Of a stretch of DNA of 64,000 nucleotides, positions 1-9,395 are shown one piece after another. Origin of the DNA: an uncultured virus (IMG/VR IMGVR_UViG_3300025085_003231) (taxonomy: Duplodnaviria; Heunggongvirae; Uroviricota; Caudoviricetes); IMG/VR virus record IMGVR_UViG_3300025085_003231; one strand, written 5' to 3'. Every line of letters starts with the position of its first letter. Position 1 is the first letter of the stretch. The notes below the pieces were generated by a model, which searched no databases, had not been told where the DNA came from, and worked only from the letters and a program-made list of their open reading frames with translations. The translations under genes were made by a program, and so were the position numbers.

Positions 1-2
1 GA

Positions 3-1679
3 AGTTATCCAGAACTTAAAAACCTTAGTGATGAGCAATTGTTGGCAAGAGGTATTGATTGTTTAGCCTTACAAACAGCCAATCGGGAATCTTTTGGTGC
101 GGAAGATATAATTTATGTTTCACCAAACGAAGGGATAGATATTGATGCCAAGATAGAAACCATCAAAAACACAGGTCAAAAAGTTGCCCGAATTGATTGG
201 TTTGCAACTCCTAAAGGAAATGGTTTTGGAAGGGCTGAGTTTGAGAACTTTAGGGATTGGGCCTACAAACAAGGTGCTGCATACATCGTGGTAGAGTCTG
301 TGCCAGAAAGTGTTAATTTTTGGAAATGGATGGGTTTTATAGAACCGTTTGGTCTTGTTGAACCAAAAGATGAGTTTTTGGCAACACACCTTGGATTAAA
401 TACTCTAATTTATCTTGCTGAATCGGAAGCGGAAGGCGGACAATTCGCTGCGGAAGATAACTATGATGCTACCTATGGTAAAGCCCAAGCCAAGATTCGC
501 AGGAAACTCAAAAACAAAATCAAGAAACAGGCGATAATGGGGACTAAGGCGGGTCAATGGTCGGCTCGTAAGTCCCAAGAATTGAAACGCCAATACGAGG
601 CTGCTTGTGATAAAAAAGGTTTGAGTCCATACAAGGGCAAGAAAACCAAATCGCAAGATAATCTTAGTAAATGGAGCAAACAAAAGTGGGGAACTGCTTC
701 AGGAAAGAAGTCATCTACTACTGGCGAACCATATTTCCCTGCTAAGGCAGTTGCGGCACTCAAAGACAAAGGATTATACTCCAAAGCCAAGCAACAAAAG
801 AAAGCCGCTACCAAGGCAGGAAAGCAGAACGCTCGGTATAGTGACGACATTCGTGCCGTAGTCAAAAACTATCGCTCCGAAACATATGAGGAAGCAACAG
901 GCGTAGAATTTTCTGAACAAAACCCTGAAAAGATTGAGGCAGACGCTCCACCCGATTGGAGAGAATCTATCATTACTATTCCACAATCAGATTCTTTTGG
1001 CTATGCTTTGTATCGCAAAATGTCAGACCTAACCTATAATCAGGTATGGAGGGTCTTAGAAATTATTGATGACCTAAATCGTATGAGTCATCACCATGCC
1101 CTAACCAAATTCAGTAGCAACTATGTAGAAATTTGGATTTACAGCCATGATAGCGGATTGGTTACGCCGAAAGATTATCACTGGGCCGAAGATTTTAATG
1201 ACATGATTGCTACGGTGGACTGGCAAATGTGGGAGTCCGAAACCGAATGGGATGATGTAGATTGGGAAAATGAAAAACCTGTCAAGCCCAAAAATGATTG
1301 GGGTGATGATATAGAGTGGGATGCTGAAGATGATTGGGGTTCGTTGCGTCCTGAAACTCGCCCAGAATTTCCTACCGTTGATGCTAAAATTGCCTCTATG
1401 CTGCGAAACCACTCTAAAGTAAATGTCAATGGTGAACAAGGATGTCCTCGTTGTGGTCATGAAGATTTATTCTATCGTGAATCCACAGGGACTGGAACTA
1501 AATGGTATTGCTATGGGTGTTTCTATACTGAAAAGACAGAATCTATGAAAAGTCAAAAGGTCATCACTTTAGAAAAATATGGTCTGAAGGTTCGGTGTCC
1601 TGATTGTAATGAAATGATTGTGGCTTATAATCAAGCCTCAGTTAATAGTCACCGTAGAAAATGTGGGGTGACTAAGTGA
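3..1679 (+). CDS. 5'-truncated multi-module (poly)protein: GNAT-like, DUF5872-like basic domain, PCD-like domain, two Zn-ribbons
   Basis: Frame is open from the window edge. PKGNGFGR..SVNFWKWMGF (GNAT); AGQWSARKSQ..SQDNLSKWSKQKWGT..GEPYFP (DUF5872-like); HHH..VEIWIYSHDSGLVTPKD (PCD-like); CPRC/CYGC and CPDC. Modules are separated by FGAE, FAAE, YRSE and WDAE. Confidence 0.7.
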   Translation, partial: SYPELKNLSDEQLLARGIDCLALQTANRESFGAEDIIYVSPNEGIDIDAKIETIKNTGQKVARIDWFATPKGNGFGRAEFENFRDWAYKQGAAYIVVESVPESVNFWKWMGFIEPFGLVEPKDEFLATHLGLNTLIYLAESEAEGGQFAAEDNYDATYGKAQAKIRRKLKNKIKKQAIMGTKAGQWSARKSQELKRQYEAACDKKGLSPYKGKKTKSQDNLSKWSKQKWGTASGKKSSTTGEPYFPAKAVAALKDKGLYSKAKQQKKAATKAGKQNARYSDDIRAVVKNYRSETYEEATGVEFSEQNPEKIEADAPPDWRESIITIPQSDSFGYALYRKMSDLTYNQVWRVLEIIDDLNRMSHHHALTKFSSNYVEIWIYSHDSGLVTPKDYHWAEDFNDMIATVDWQMWESETEWDDVDWENEKPVKPKNDWGDDIEWDAEDDWGSLRPETRPEFPTVDAKIASMLRNHSKVNVNGEQGCPRCGHEDLFYRESTGTGTKWYCYGCFYTEKTESMKSQKVITLEKYGLKVRCPDCNEMIVAYNQASVNSHRRKCGVTK

Positions 1680-2143
1680 ATATCATAAATTGGCTTAGAA
1701 AACCCGCACACCCACCATTATGGACTTTTGCACGAAGTTATCAGAACTTAGGTGAAGAGTTTTTTTATGCTCCATCTCGTGAACACGCCCAAGCAGAAAT
1801 TATACACCATATGAGAATGAATCATGGTGATGAGATAGGTGAATTGAGGTGGGAGCCTTTTGAAAGAGATGGATTAGTCAGTATGTTAAGTGAATACGAT
1901 AATAATAAATTGGTTGAAGGTTCGTGGGGCTACTTAAAATCAGTAAATAGCGATGTTAAAACTTTAAAAGAAATAATGGATAATTCTGTGCAACTCTCAG
2001 ACGAGGAGCAGGTAAAAAAACAAAACAGAGTTGAAGCATACCTGAAATATCTGGTCGGTAGTTCCACACGGGGATGGACCCCAGAATCCGACATTGGTTA
2101 TTATGGCTACGACCCCTCTAACAGAAATCCATTTGAAGAATAA
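1676..2143 (+). CDS. Hypothetical protein
   Basis: 155 aa ORF overlapping the upstream stop by 4 nt. Confidence 0.6.
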   Translation: MNIINWLRKPAHPPLWTFARSYQNLGEEFFYAPSREHAQAEIIHHMRMNHGDEIGELRWEPFERDGLVSMLSEYDNNKLVEGSWGYLKSVNSDVKTLKEIMDNSVQLSDEEQVKKQNRVEAYLKYLVGSSTRGWTPESDIGYYGYDPSNRNPFEE

Positions 2144-2150
2144 GGATTAG

Positions 2151-2157
2151 TTAAATA
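2151..2157 (+). promoter_or_regulatory. TATA box (TTAAATA) for DP2
   Basis: 22 nt before ATG 2180, the same spacing as at about 28 genes. Confidence 0.75.
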
Positions 2158-2179
2158 GGTGATGCGACTACTAAAAGGC

Positions 2180-5100
2180 ATGACTCAGTGGACGCATGAT
2201 GAATACATATCTCGTCTAAACGCTGACGCTGATGCCGCATACCTAATCGCTGATGCTGCCAGAGCCAAAGGATATGACCCACGAATCACTGTGGAAATAC
2301 CTCAAGCGTTTGATTTGGCAGACCGATGCCAGAAATTACTGGAATTTTTACACCCTCGCAGAACTGCTGAACAGATTCGTGCGCTAACTGAATCACACGA
2401 TGGAAACCGTGAAATGGTGGCTCTGGATATTGCTAAAATCGTTACTGCGGAATCATGGTTATATGGTATCAAAAATAAATGTGATTCTTGCGGTGGAGAA
2501 AAGGTCGTCAAAAAGGGAAGACGAACTGTGAGTTGCGATACTTGCGATGGAACGGGGATGATTCTGAACTACTCCGAAGATATTGAATTAGACTATGAAG
2601 AAACACTGCAAAAATTCTCTGATAATGAGCGAATCATCAAAGACGACACTTTCGGCGCATTGTGTATCTATCATGGTGTGTGTGCAGGATTAGCAGTTCT
2701 GACAGAAGGTATTCTGGTGGCTCCATTAGAAGGTGTGGTATCGTGTCGTATTGTCATGAATGAAGACCGCAGTAAATCATTAGCCATCAACTTTGCAGGG
2801 CCTATCCGAAGTGCAGGTGGAACAGGTCAAGCCTTGTCGGTGTTGATTGGAGATATTATCCGTCGTGAGTTCGGATTAGTCCCTCCTCAAATTACTTTTG
2901 AAGAGGCTGAAAGATACAAAGAAGAAGTCAGTAAATACGCTCGTGGTCTACAATACCGACCTTCTAACCCACAATTAGAGATTATTGCTTACAACTGTCC
3001 TGTATATATTGATGGTGAAGGTGTGGGTAATGAAGTCTCAGGGCAGCGTGACTTGCCTCGTGTTCCAACCAACAAGGTTCGGGAAGGGATGCTGCTGGTT
3101 ATGTGTGAGGGTCTGGTATTGAAAGCCCCCAAGATTTTGAAATACACGGAAGCATTGGGATTTGCCGAATGGGATTGGCTAAAGCAATTTACCAGCAAAG
3201 GAGATTCAGATGCTAAGAAAGCATCTATTGAACCTAACTACAAATTCTTGGCTGATATTTTAGCAGGTCGTCCTATTTTTTCTCGTCCTATGGCTCGTGG
3301 TGGTTTCCGACTACGATATGGTCGTAGCAGGTTAGCAGGGTTAGCCACTACTGCTATCCATCCAGCCTCTATGAGAGCCGTAGGTAGTTTCCTTATCGTC
3401 GGAACACAAATGAAATATGAGCGGCCTGGAAAGGCAACTGTGGTAACTCCTTGCGATACTATTGAAGGGCCATATGTAGAATTTACTGATGGTTCGGCTC
3501 GTCGCATACAAGAAATGGATGATTTAGAAGATGCTGTTCCCACAGAAGAAGAGTGGAATATCGCTCGTGTGTGGGATTTGGGAGAAATTCTGGTTCCTGT
3601 GGGTGAGTTCTTGGAAAATAACCATCCTTTAGCACCCAGCCCTTATGTTCACGAATGGCACGAGTTGATTGTTAGTAAAGAAGAACTTACTTATCCAGAA
3701 ACATTTTCTGAAGCATTAAATCAGTCCCAGAAATTTAATATCCCGATGGCTCCTGAGTATATTGCTCATTATAGTGACTTGCTCCCTGAAGAATTGCAGA
3801 CTCTTTTGCAAGGCATGACAATCACTGATGGTTCGGCGCAAGTGGAGCCAGATGTATTAGAAATCATTTATCGGCTCAACATTGATGTAGATGTTAATCG
3901 GTGTTTATCTGGGGACAAATCGGAGTTACTTTTGAATCTCTGGAATTCAAAATCTCAATTGGATTTTAAATCTGACTCGGACGGTTCAGCATTGGGAGTT
4001 ATCCGAAACTTTTACAATTTTCCAATTGAAAATCCCATTTCTATCCGTATTGGTGGACGAATGGGAAAGCCTGAAGGAAGCAAACTACGAGAAATGAAAC
4101 CTCCGATTCATTGCAACTTCCCTGTGGGCTTCAATGTAGGTAGTCAAAGGCTGCTACGAACTGCGGCAGACCAGCAAGAAGATGTAGAAACTGGGTGGCG
4201 TATGTGTGATGTTTGTGAGGAAGCAACTATCTGGGGCGTTTGTTGTGGTGCCGAAACTCGTTTCGTCGGATTGAAGTGGGATAAAGTGGGAATAAAAGAT
4301 TTGTATGAGTCTGCCTTGGAATCTGCGGCGATTGCTGATGGAAAAATCAAAGGTGTAAAAGGAATCACCAGTTCGGAGAAAATCCCTGAGCATCCTCTCA
4401 AGGGTGTGTTAAGATACAAGCATGGAATTTCCATGTTCCGAGATGGAACAATTCGTTTTGACATGGTGGACATTACCATGACTCACTTCCGACCCAGAGA
4501 AATTGGGATGACAGTGGAACAAGCGCAAGAATTAGGATATGACTGTTCAACTCTGGACGATGTTTTAGAGTTGAGACCGCAAGATGTGGTGTTGCCTAAG
4601 AATTGCTCAGAGAAAATTCTGGCTACGGCAAATTATATGGATGACTTGTTAGGCTCTATGTATGAATTGGAACCCTATTATAATTGTGATACCGTTAATG
4701 ACTTGATTGGACATTATGTGATGGGTATTGCCCCTCACACCAGCGGAGCAATCTTGGCACGAATTATTGGGTTTGCGGATGTGAAAGGACATTATGGACA
4801 TCATTACTATCACGCAGCCAAACGCCGTAATTGTGATGGAGACATTGACGCAGTATTATTGTTGCTGGATGGATTGATTAACTTTAGTAAAAAATTCTTG
4901 CCAGGACACCGAGGCGGGCAAATGGATGCACCTTTGATTTTAACTACCAAGATTGTGCCGTCCGAAATTGATAAAGAAGCCTTGAATGTAGAGATTGTAG
5001 ACCACTATCCGTTGGAGTTCTATGAATTAACTCAAGGCATTGAAGATGAAGACGGAGATTTGGTCCCACCACCTGCTAAAGCAGCCGTAGAAGCAGGAGT

Positions 5101-5707
5101 AACCATTGTGGAGTCGGTGTTAGGCACAGACTTGCAGTATGTCGGCCAGAAATTTACTCACGACACACGAGATTGCAGCGAAGGGCCAGCCAACAACCCT
5201 TACAACACTTTGGACTCTATGCGACAGAAAACCATGGCTCAATTTGCTTTAGGCGATTGCTTACAATCCGTAGATAACAAAGAACAGTCATCCCGATTGA
5301 TTCAACGACACCTAATTCGTGACATGAGGGGTAATCTCAGAGCCTATGGGCAACAAAAAGTCCGTTGTCCTAAGTGCGGAGGTAAATACCGCCGTCCACC
5401 CATTTCGGGACGCTGTATGACGATTTTGGAAACCAAGCAGAATCCATTTTCGGGCGAAACCGAGCAAATTTATTGTGACGGTAAAATTATCCTGACGGTA
5501 ACACATGGTTCAGTTGCTAAGTATGATAAACTCATGGCTGAATTAGTGAATCGCTACGGTGCTGATGATTATACCGAAGGATTGTATGAGCAAGTTAGTC
5601 GCTGGGTAAAAGATACTTTTGAAGATAAAAATATTCTGAGTCAATCAAAATTACCATTACCTGAGAGCGAATCAACCGAAGGTTCAAATAGCAGCAAAAC
5701 CAAATAA
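2180..5707 (+). CDS. polC: DNA polymerase D large subunit DP2
   Basis: TEGILVAPLEG, FAGPIRSAGGT, GGFRLRYGRSR, GTQMKYERPGK, IGGRMGKPE, FRDGTIRFD, catalytic AAKRRNCDGD, GGQMDAPL and a C-terminal CPKC Zn site. Start moved to ATG 2180 by promoter spacing. Confidence 0.97.
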   Translation: MTQWTHDEYISRLNADADAAYLIADAARAKGYDPRITVEIPQAFDLADRCQKLLEFLHPRRTAEQIRALTESHDGNREMVALDIAKIVTAESWLYGIKNKCDSCGGEKVVKKGRRTVSCDTCDGTGMILNYSEDIELDYEETLQKFSDNERIIKDDTFGALCIYHGVCAGLAVLTEGILVAPLEGVVSCRIVMNEDRSKSLAINFAGPIRSAGGTGQALSVLIGDIIRREFGLVPPQITFEEAERYKEEVSKYARGLQYRPSNPQLEIIAYNCPVYIDGEGVGNEVSGQRDLPRVPTNKVREGMLLVMCEGLVLKAPKILKYTEALGFAEWDWLKQFTSKGDSDAKKASIEPNYKFLADILAGRPIFSRPMARGGFRLRYGRSRLAGLATTAIHPASMRAVGSFLIVGTQMKYERPGKATVVTPCDTIEGPYVEFTDGSARRIQEMDDLEDAVPTEEEWNIARVWDLGEILVPVGEFLENNHPLAPSPYVHEWHELIVSKEELTYPETFSEALNQSQKFNIPMAPEYIAHYSDLLPEELQTLLQGMTITDGSAQVEPDVLEIIYRLNIDVDVNRCLSGDKSELLLNLWNSKSQLDFKSDSDGSALGVIRNFYNFPIENPISIRIGGRMGKPEGSKLREMKPPIHCNFPVGFNVGSQRLLRTAADQQEDVETGWRMCDVCEEATIWGVCCGAETRFVGLKWDKVGIKDLYESALESAAIADGKIKGVKGITSSEKIPEHPLKGVLRYKHGISMFRDGTIRFDMVDITMTHFRPREIGMTVEQAQELGYDCSTLDDVLELRPQDVVLPKNCSEKILATANYMDDLLGSMYELEPYYNCDTVNDLIGHYVMGIAPHTSGAILARIIGFADVKGHYGHHYYHAAKRRNCDGDIDAVLLLLDGLINFSKKFLPGHRGGQMDAPLILTTKIVPSEIDKEALNVEIVDHYPLEFYELTQGIEDEDGDLVPPPAKAAVEAGVTIVESVLGTDLQYVGQKFTHDTRDCSEGPANNPYNTLDSMRQKTMAQFALGDCLQSVDNKEQSSRLIQRHLIRDMRGNLRAYGQQKVRCPKCGGKYRRPPISGRCMTILETKQNPFSGETEQIYCDGKIILTVTHGSVAKYDKLMAELVNRYGADDYTEGLYEQVSRWVKDTFEDKNILSQSKLPLPESESTEGSNSSKTK
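5684..5690 (+). promoter_or_regulatory. TATA box (TCAAATA) inside the DP2 3' end
   Basis: GGTTCAAATAGCAGCA, 22 nt before ATG 5713. Confidence 0.7.
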
Positions 5708-5712
5708 ACACT

Positions 5713-5958
5713 ATGTCAGAATTTCCCGACGATATGGATGTCGGAAAAAACGATACACCTGATGTGGTAGAGGACATTACCATGCAAATGATGTTCTCAA
5801 AAATATCTGAGGTGTTGGAAATGAATGATTTGTTGCATTCCGAAATGACTGAAATCAAGAAAACCCTCAAAGCCATTGTAGAAGTTGCTAAAGCGGCTAC
5901 TGAAGAGAAAAAACCTGCGGCTTTCAAGGAAGATACCAATAATTCTATGTATGGTTAA
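5713..5958 (+). CDS. Small acidic helical protein ending in SMYG (HbYX-like)
   Basis: 81 aa with its own promoter; stop overlaps the convergent gene. Confidence 0.75.
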   Translation: MSEFPDDMDVGKNDTPDVVEDITMQMMFSKISEVLEMNDLLHSEMTEIKKTLKAIVEVAKAATEEKKPAAFKEDTNNSMYG

Positions 5959-6296
5959 TCCTGCATTAGTGGGGATTCTCGGACAGCATCTACCATCACT
6001 TGTAGTGGAGCGGTAGGAACTACTCGTATGTCTTCCATTTCTATCCCTACATTGGCTGCGGCACTGATAATACTTTCTATTGATTCAATAATCAGCCGAA
6101 TACCTTGACGATATGCCTCTAACTGCCTTTCAGCGGCTTGTCGCATCTCTTCTACATCTCCTAATATGTTCTCCAGACCTTGTTCGGTTGCACCAACCGC
6201 AGCACCCATAGCCTTTTTTAGCATTTGATTTTCCAATTCTAATCTTTCAATCTTGGCACTGGTCAATAACCAATTGATAGGAGCAGGGAGTGACAA
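5955..6296 (-). CDS. Hypothetical coiled-coil protein
   Basis: 113 aa with a heptad-like pattern; TTG start just after the upstream stop. Confidence 0.65.
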   Translation of the reverse strand: MSLPAPINWLLTSAKIERLELENQMLKKAMGAAVGATEQGLENILGDVEEMRQAAERQLEAYRQGIRLIIESIESIISAAANVGIEMEDIRVVPTAPLQVMVDAVRESPLMQD

Positions 6297-6298
6297 TT

Positions 6299-6550
6299 CT
6301 AAGCCTCCAGACCCAAACCTGACATTTCATCAATTACTTCTTCTGAAGGAGTGTTTTCCAAATAGAGGTTTTCATATTCTGAATTAGATGTTTTCTTCTC
6401 ATAAGCCATATCTGCACCACCCAATAGCAAAAGTGTTAAGCCAGCCGTAGAAACCGACGGGCTGCTGTTGTGGTAGTTAGTAAAAGACAAAATTCGCCCT
6501 GCTACTAACATGACGGCTCCGAGCCCAATGATTTTAGAACCATCTATCAT
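6299..6550 (-). CDS. Small membrane protein (2 hydrophobic segments)
   Basis: Promoter at 6573-6579; IIGLGAVMLVAG and AGLTLLLLGG. Confidence 0.75.
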   Translation of the reverse strand: MIDGSKIIGLGAVMLVAGRILSFTNYHNSSPSVSTAGLTLLLLGGADMAYEKKTSNSEYENLYLENTPSEEVIDEMSGLGLEA

Positions 6551-6583
6551 GGTTAATATGGGTCGCTACTGTTATTTAAGTTC

Positions 6584-6751
6584 TTACTCGTCTGCAACGG
6601 GTGGGTTTAACACAGCATCCGAAAGATGTGGCGTGATTTGTTCTAAAATACCGCTCACAATCAAAATAGCAGACCGACCTGCCAGATTGACATTATCCAG
6701 CAAATTGTAAAGAAACTCGCACTGTTCAGTGGTGAGTGTTACTTCGGGCAT
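6584..6751 (-). CDS. Small 55 aa protein absent from the ORF track (MPEVTLTTEQCEFLYNLLDN...)
   Basis: Read by hand; fills the gap; TTAAATA at 6774-6780 is 22 nt from the ATG. Confidence 0.75.
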   Translation of the reverse strand: MPEVTLTTEQCEFLYNLLDNVNLAGRSAILIVSGILEQITPHLSDAVLNPPVADE

Positions 6752-6786
6752 AGTTAATCACTAAGGTTCTACCTATTTAACCCTTA

Positions 6787-7479
6787 TCATTGTAGCAATC
6801 CGTAGGCTTGAAGTGCTACGATAATCTCTTCTATTGAGACTTGGACATTGTTTAAGTTTGCATCTGTGGTTCCAGCGAGACTGCCCAAAGATGTCGGGTC
6901 AGATGGACTCGGAGCATACGGGGTTGCGATTTGTTGAGCCACAGGGGTTGCTCCCATGAATCCTACTGTGCTGGAAGGGTCTACTCCGACTGAGAGATTA
7001 CCAGTGACTGTCAAAGTTGTGCCGTCAAAAGTTAAATTGGCTTCACCTTGTAGGGCGTTAGCACCAGTGACTGTGGAAATGGTATTGTTGGTGCTTCCTG
7101 AAAGAGTCACGCCTCCCGAACCGCTTGATGCGGCTGTTATTCTGCCTTGTGCATCCACGGTAATGTCAGCACTTGTGTAACTTCCTGCGGTAACGGCTGT
7201 ATTGGCTAAACTGATTGTTCCTGTGGTAGTGATTGGACCACCCGATAAACCTGTTCCTGTGGCGACCTCAGTAACTGTTCCTGAGCCACCTCCACCACCA
7301 GAAGAGGAAATTAAAACTGTGTTGCTGGAAGTTCCATTGAGAGTAATTCCTGTGCCAGCCACTAAGTTTAGCGTGGGGTCGGGAGTAATTGTGGTCTGTC
7401 CTGAAACAGTTCCACCATCAGCAGATGTCTTGATAGTGGGACTTCCTGCTCCACCTTGACCTGAATAGCCATTTGCCAT
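6787..7479 (-). CDS. Gly/Thr-rich fibre/spike protein
   Basis: GTVTEVATGTGLSGGPITTTGTISLANT..ITVDAQGRITAAS phage-fibre-type repeat; promoter at 7502-7508. Confidence 0.75.
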   Translation of the reverse strand: MANGYSGQGGAGSPTIKTSADGGTVSGQTTITPDPTLNLVAGTGITLNGTSSNTVLISSSGGGGGSGTVTEVATGTGLSGGPITTTGTISLANTAVTAGSYTSADITVDAQGRITAASSGSGGVTLSGSTNNTISTVTGANALQGEANLTFDGTTLTVTGNLSVGVDPSSTVGFMGATPVAQQIATPYAPSPSDPTSLGSLAGTTDANLNNVQVSIEEIIVALQAYGLLQ

Positions 7480-7522
7480 AATAAATATTAGGTGGTGCTG
7501 CTATTTGAATCTAATGATTGCT

Positions 7523-8311
7523 TCATTGATAAACTGGAATGAACATGGGTCCTAATCCGACATCAATTTCTAACCAACCTGCGGGATTCAAAGGACCGCC
7601 CGTAGGTGAATCGGGGAATACTGCGGCAACAGGTGGAGCGGCAGGTGGCGCAAAATTACCTATTTGCTGTGCATCAATATAATTTGCGTCATTGTTTAAT
7701 GTTGTAATATTGTCCCCTGCGGCCAATTTATTATTGAATGTAGTCCAATTTGCACTTGACAAATAACCATCAGCACCTCCGCTTGCTTGGGTGATACCGA
7801 TTGTTCCCGTTCCTGTGATAGTGCCTCCTGTAATCGGGGCTGATGTAGCAACCGAAGTAACTCCGCCTCCGCCTCCGCCCGAACCGTTTGAAGCAGCAGT
7901 TATTCTTCCTTGAGCATCAACCGTAATGTCGGCACTTGTATAATTACCTGCGGTAACTGCTGTGTTTGCTAAAGCCACAGTTCCAGAAGCGGTAATAGTC
8001 CCTCCACTTAATCCAGTTCCTGCGACAATTTGTGTAACCGTTCCTGCATTAGCCGTATATCCTGCATCATTGGCTAACAAAGATACGGGTTGTCCTGCTT
8101 GAATGGCTGAATCGGCTTTGACTCCTTGTGCAGCAGTGGCGAAATCTCCTGTGTTATCCTGAGCAGCCGTTCCTAATGTAATTCCTGAGAGTTGGTTCAA
8201 TTCTGCGGAAGTAGAAGTAACTGCTACATTGTTAAGAAATAATTTGCTGTTCCCAATTTTTACTTCGTCTGATGCCGTAGCATCATTAACACGAAATGGT
8301 TGTTCGGCCAT
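7523..8311 (-). CDS. Gly/Thr-rich fibre/spike protein
   Basis: Same ITVDAQGRITAAS block, plus FATAAQGVKADSA and GYLSSANWTTFNNK motifs; promoter at 8334-8340. Confidence 0.75.
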   Translation of the reverse strand: MAEQPFRVNDATASDEVKIGNSKLFLNNVAVTSTSAELNQLSGITLGTAAQDNTGDFATAAQGVKADSAIQAGQPVSLLANDAGYTANAGTVTQIVAGTGLSGGTITASGTVALANTAVTAGNYTSADITVDAQGRITAASNGSGGGGGGVTSVATSAPITGGTITGTGTIGITQASGGADGYLSSANWTTFNNKLAAGDNITTLNNDANYIDAQQIGNFAPPAAPPVAAVFPDSPTGGPLNPAGWLEIDVGLGPMFIPVYQ

Positions 8312-8346
8312 GGATAACTATTATGGCTGCTGCTATTTGAACCTTA

Positions 8347-9360
8347 TCAAGCAATAGTTTGTCGCATAAATCTGACAGTTAGACTATTACTTCCTGTGCG
8401 AGTAACTTGAACTGCGGGACTGGCAGCCGAAGTGACATTGACCGTAAATAGCGGTCCTGCGCCTGTGAAAACATCAGCGAATGGAACGAAAGAAGAACCA
8501 GCCCCGTCTGCCGCTACCACTAATTCAGTAGTCTGTGATTCTCCTGCGGTAGCATCAAAAGCCGTAATAACATATTTGGCTCCTTTGTAAGAACCTCCTG
8601 CAAAAGAGTCAATGGTGGTAGCAGAACCTGATGATACAGCAGTGGTGTTGCTCTTGAAACTTCCATAAACCGAACCTCCTGCACCGATTTGCAATAATTC
8701 GTTAGTGGTATCAATATTAAATGAGGCATCTACGGAGAATCCACCGCTACCATCTGATAGCAAAATATCTCCTGCGGCTCCAGGTGTTGAGGCTCCTGCA
8801 TCGGCAGCCCAAGTTACAGTTCCTGCGCCGTCAGTCTTTAGAACTTGATTAGCAGAACCATCTGTGACAGGCAGAGCAAACCCACCAACGGTAAAACTTG
8901 AGGCACCTGAATAATCCATGGCTCCTGAAACTGTTGAGCCTCCTGTTCCTGTTAAGGGTCCCGCTCCAGCAGACACACCGACACCAGAAATTTGTCCCGA
9001 TGCTGTAATAGTGGTGGCACCTGTGACTGCACCGCCTGTGATGTTGAGTTGTCCATCAGTAAGGCTTCCACCTGTGAGGGCTCCAGAAGCATTGACTGAA
9101 ACGGCATTTGTGATACTTCCTGCGTTGATGGTGAGTGTGCCATCAGTGAAACTACCTGCGGTGACCAATCCTGAAGCATTAACAGTAGTGGCTCCTGCAA
9201 TTGCACCTGCATTAACAAGACCTCCTGCACTTGCATCTAATCCAACACCAGTAATCAAACCAGTGGCTGTGATGGTGGTGGCTCCAGCGATTGCACCGCC
9301 CGAACCAATTGTGATTGTGCCGTCGGTGGCTTGGGTAAAGCGAAACGCTTGTTGTGCCAT
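8347..9360 (-). CDS. Fibre/spike protein with ITGATTITASG-type repeats and a C-terminal beta domain
   Basis: Repeats plus IDSF..YKGAKYVI..QTTEL; promoter at 9383-9389. Confidence 0.75.
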   Translation of the reverse strand: MAQQAFRFTQATDGTITIGSGGAIAGATTITATGLITGVGLDASAGGLVNAGAIAGATTVNASGLVTAGSFTDGTLTINAGSITNAVSVNASGALTGGSLTDGQLNITGGAVTGATTITASGQISGVGVSAGAGPLTGTGGSTVSGAMDYSGASSFTVGGFALPVTDGSANQVLKTDGAGTVTWAADAGASTPGAAGDILLSDGSGGFSVDASFNIDTTNELLQIGAGGSVYGSFKSNTTAVSSGSATTIDSFAGGSYKGAKYVITAFDATAGESQTTELVVAADGAGSSFVPFADVFTGAGPLFTVNVTSAASPAVQVTRTGSNSLTVRFMRQTIA

Positions 9361-9395
9361 ACCCTACTATTCTGGTTTTTGCTATTTAAATTTGT

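Noticed and set aside
4810..4850. Intein at the usual DP2 RRN/CDGD site
   Set aside because: The sequence is continuous (KRRNCDGD), so the site is empty
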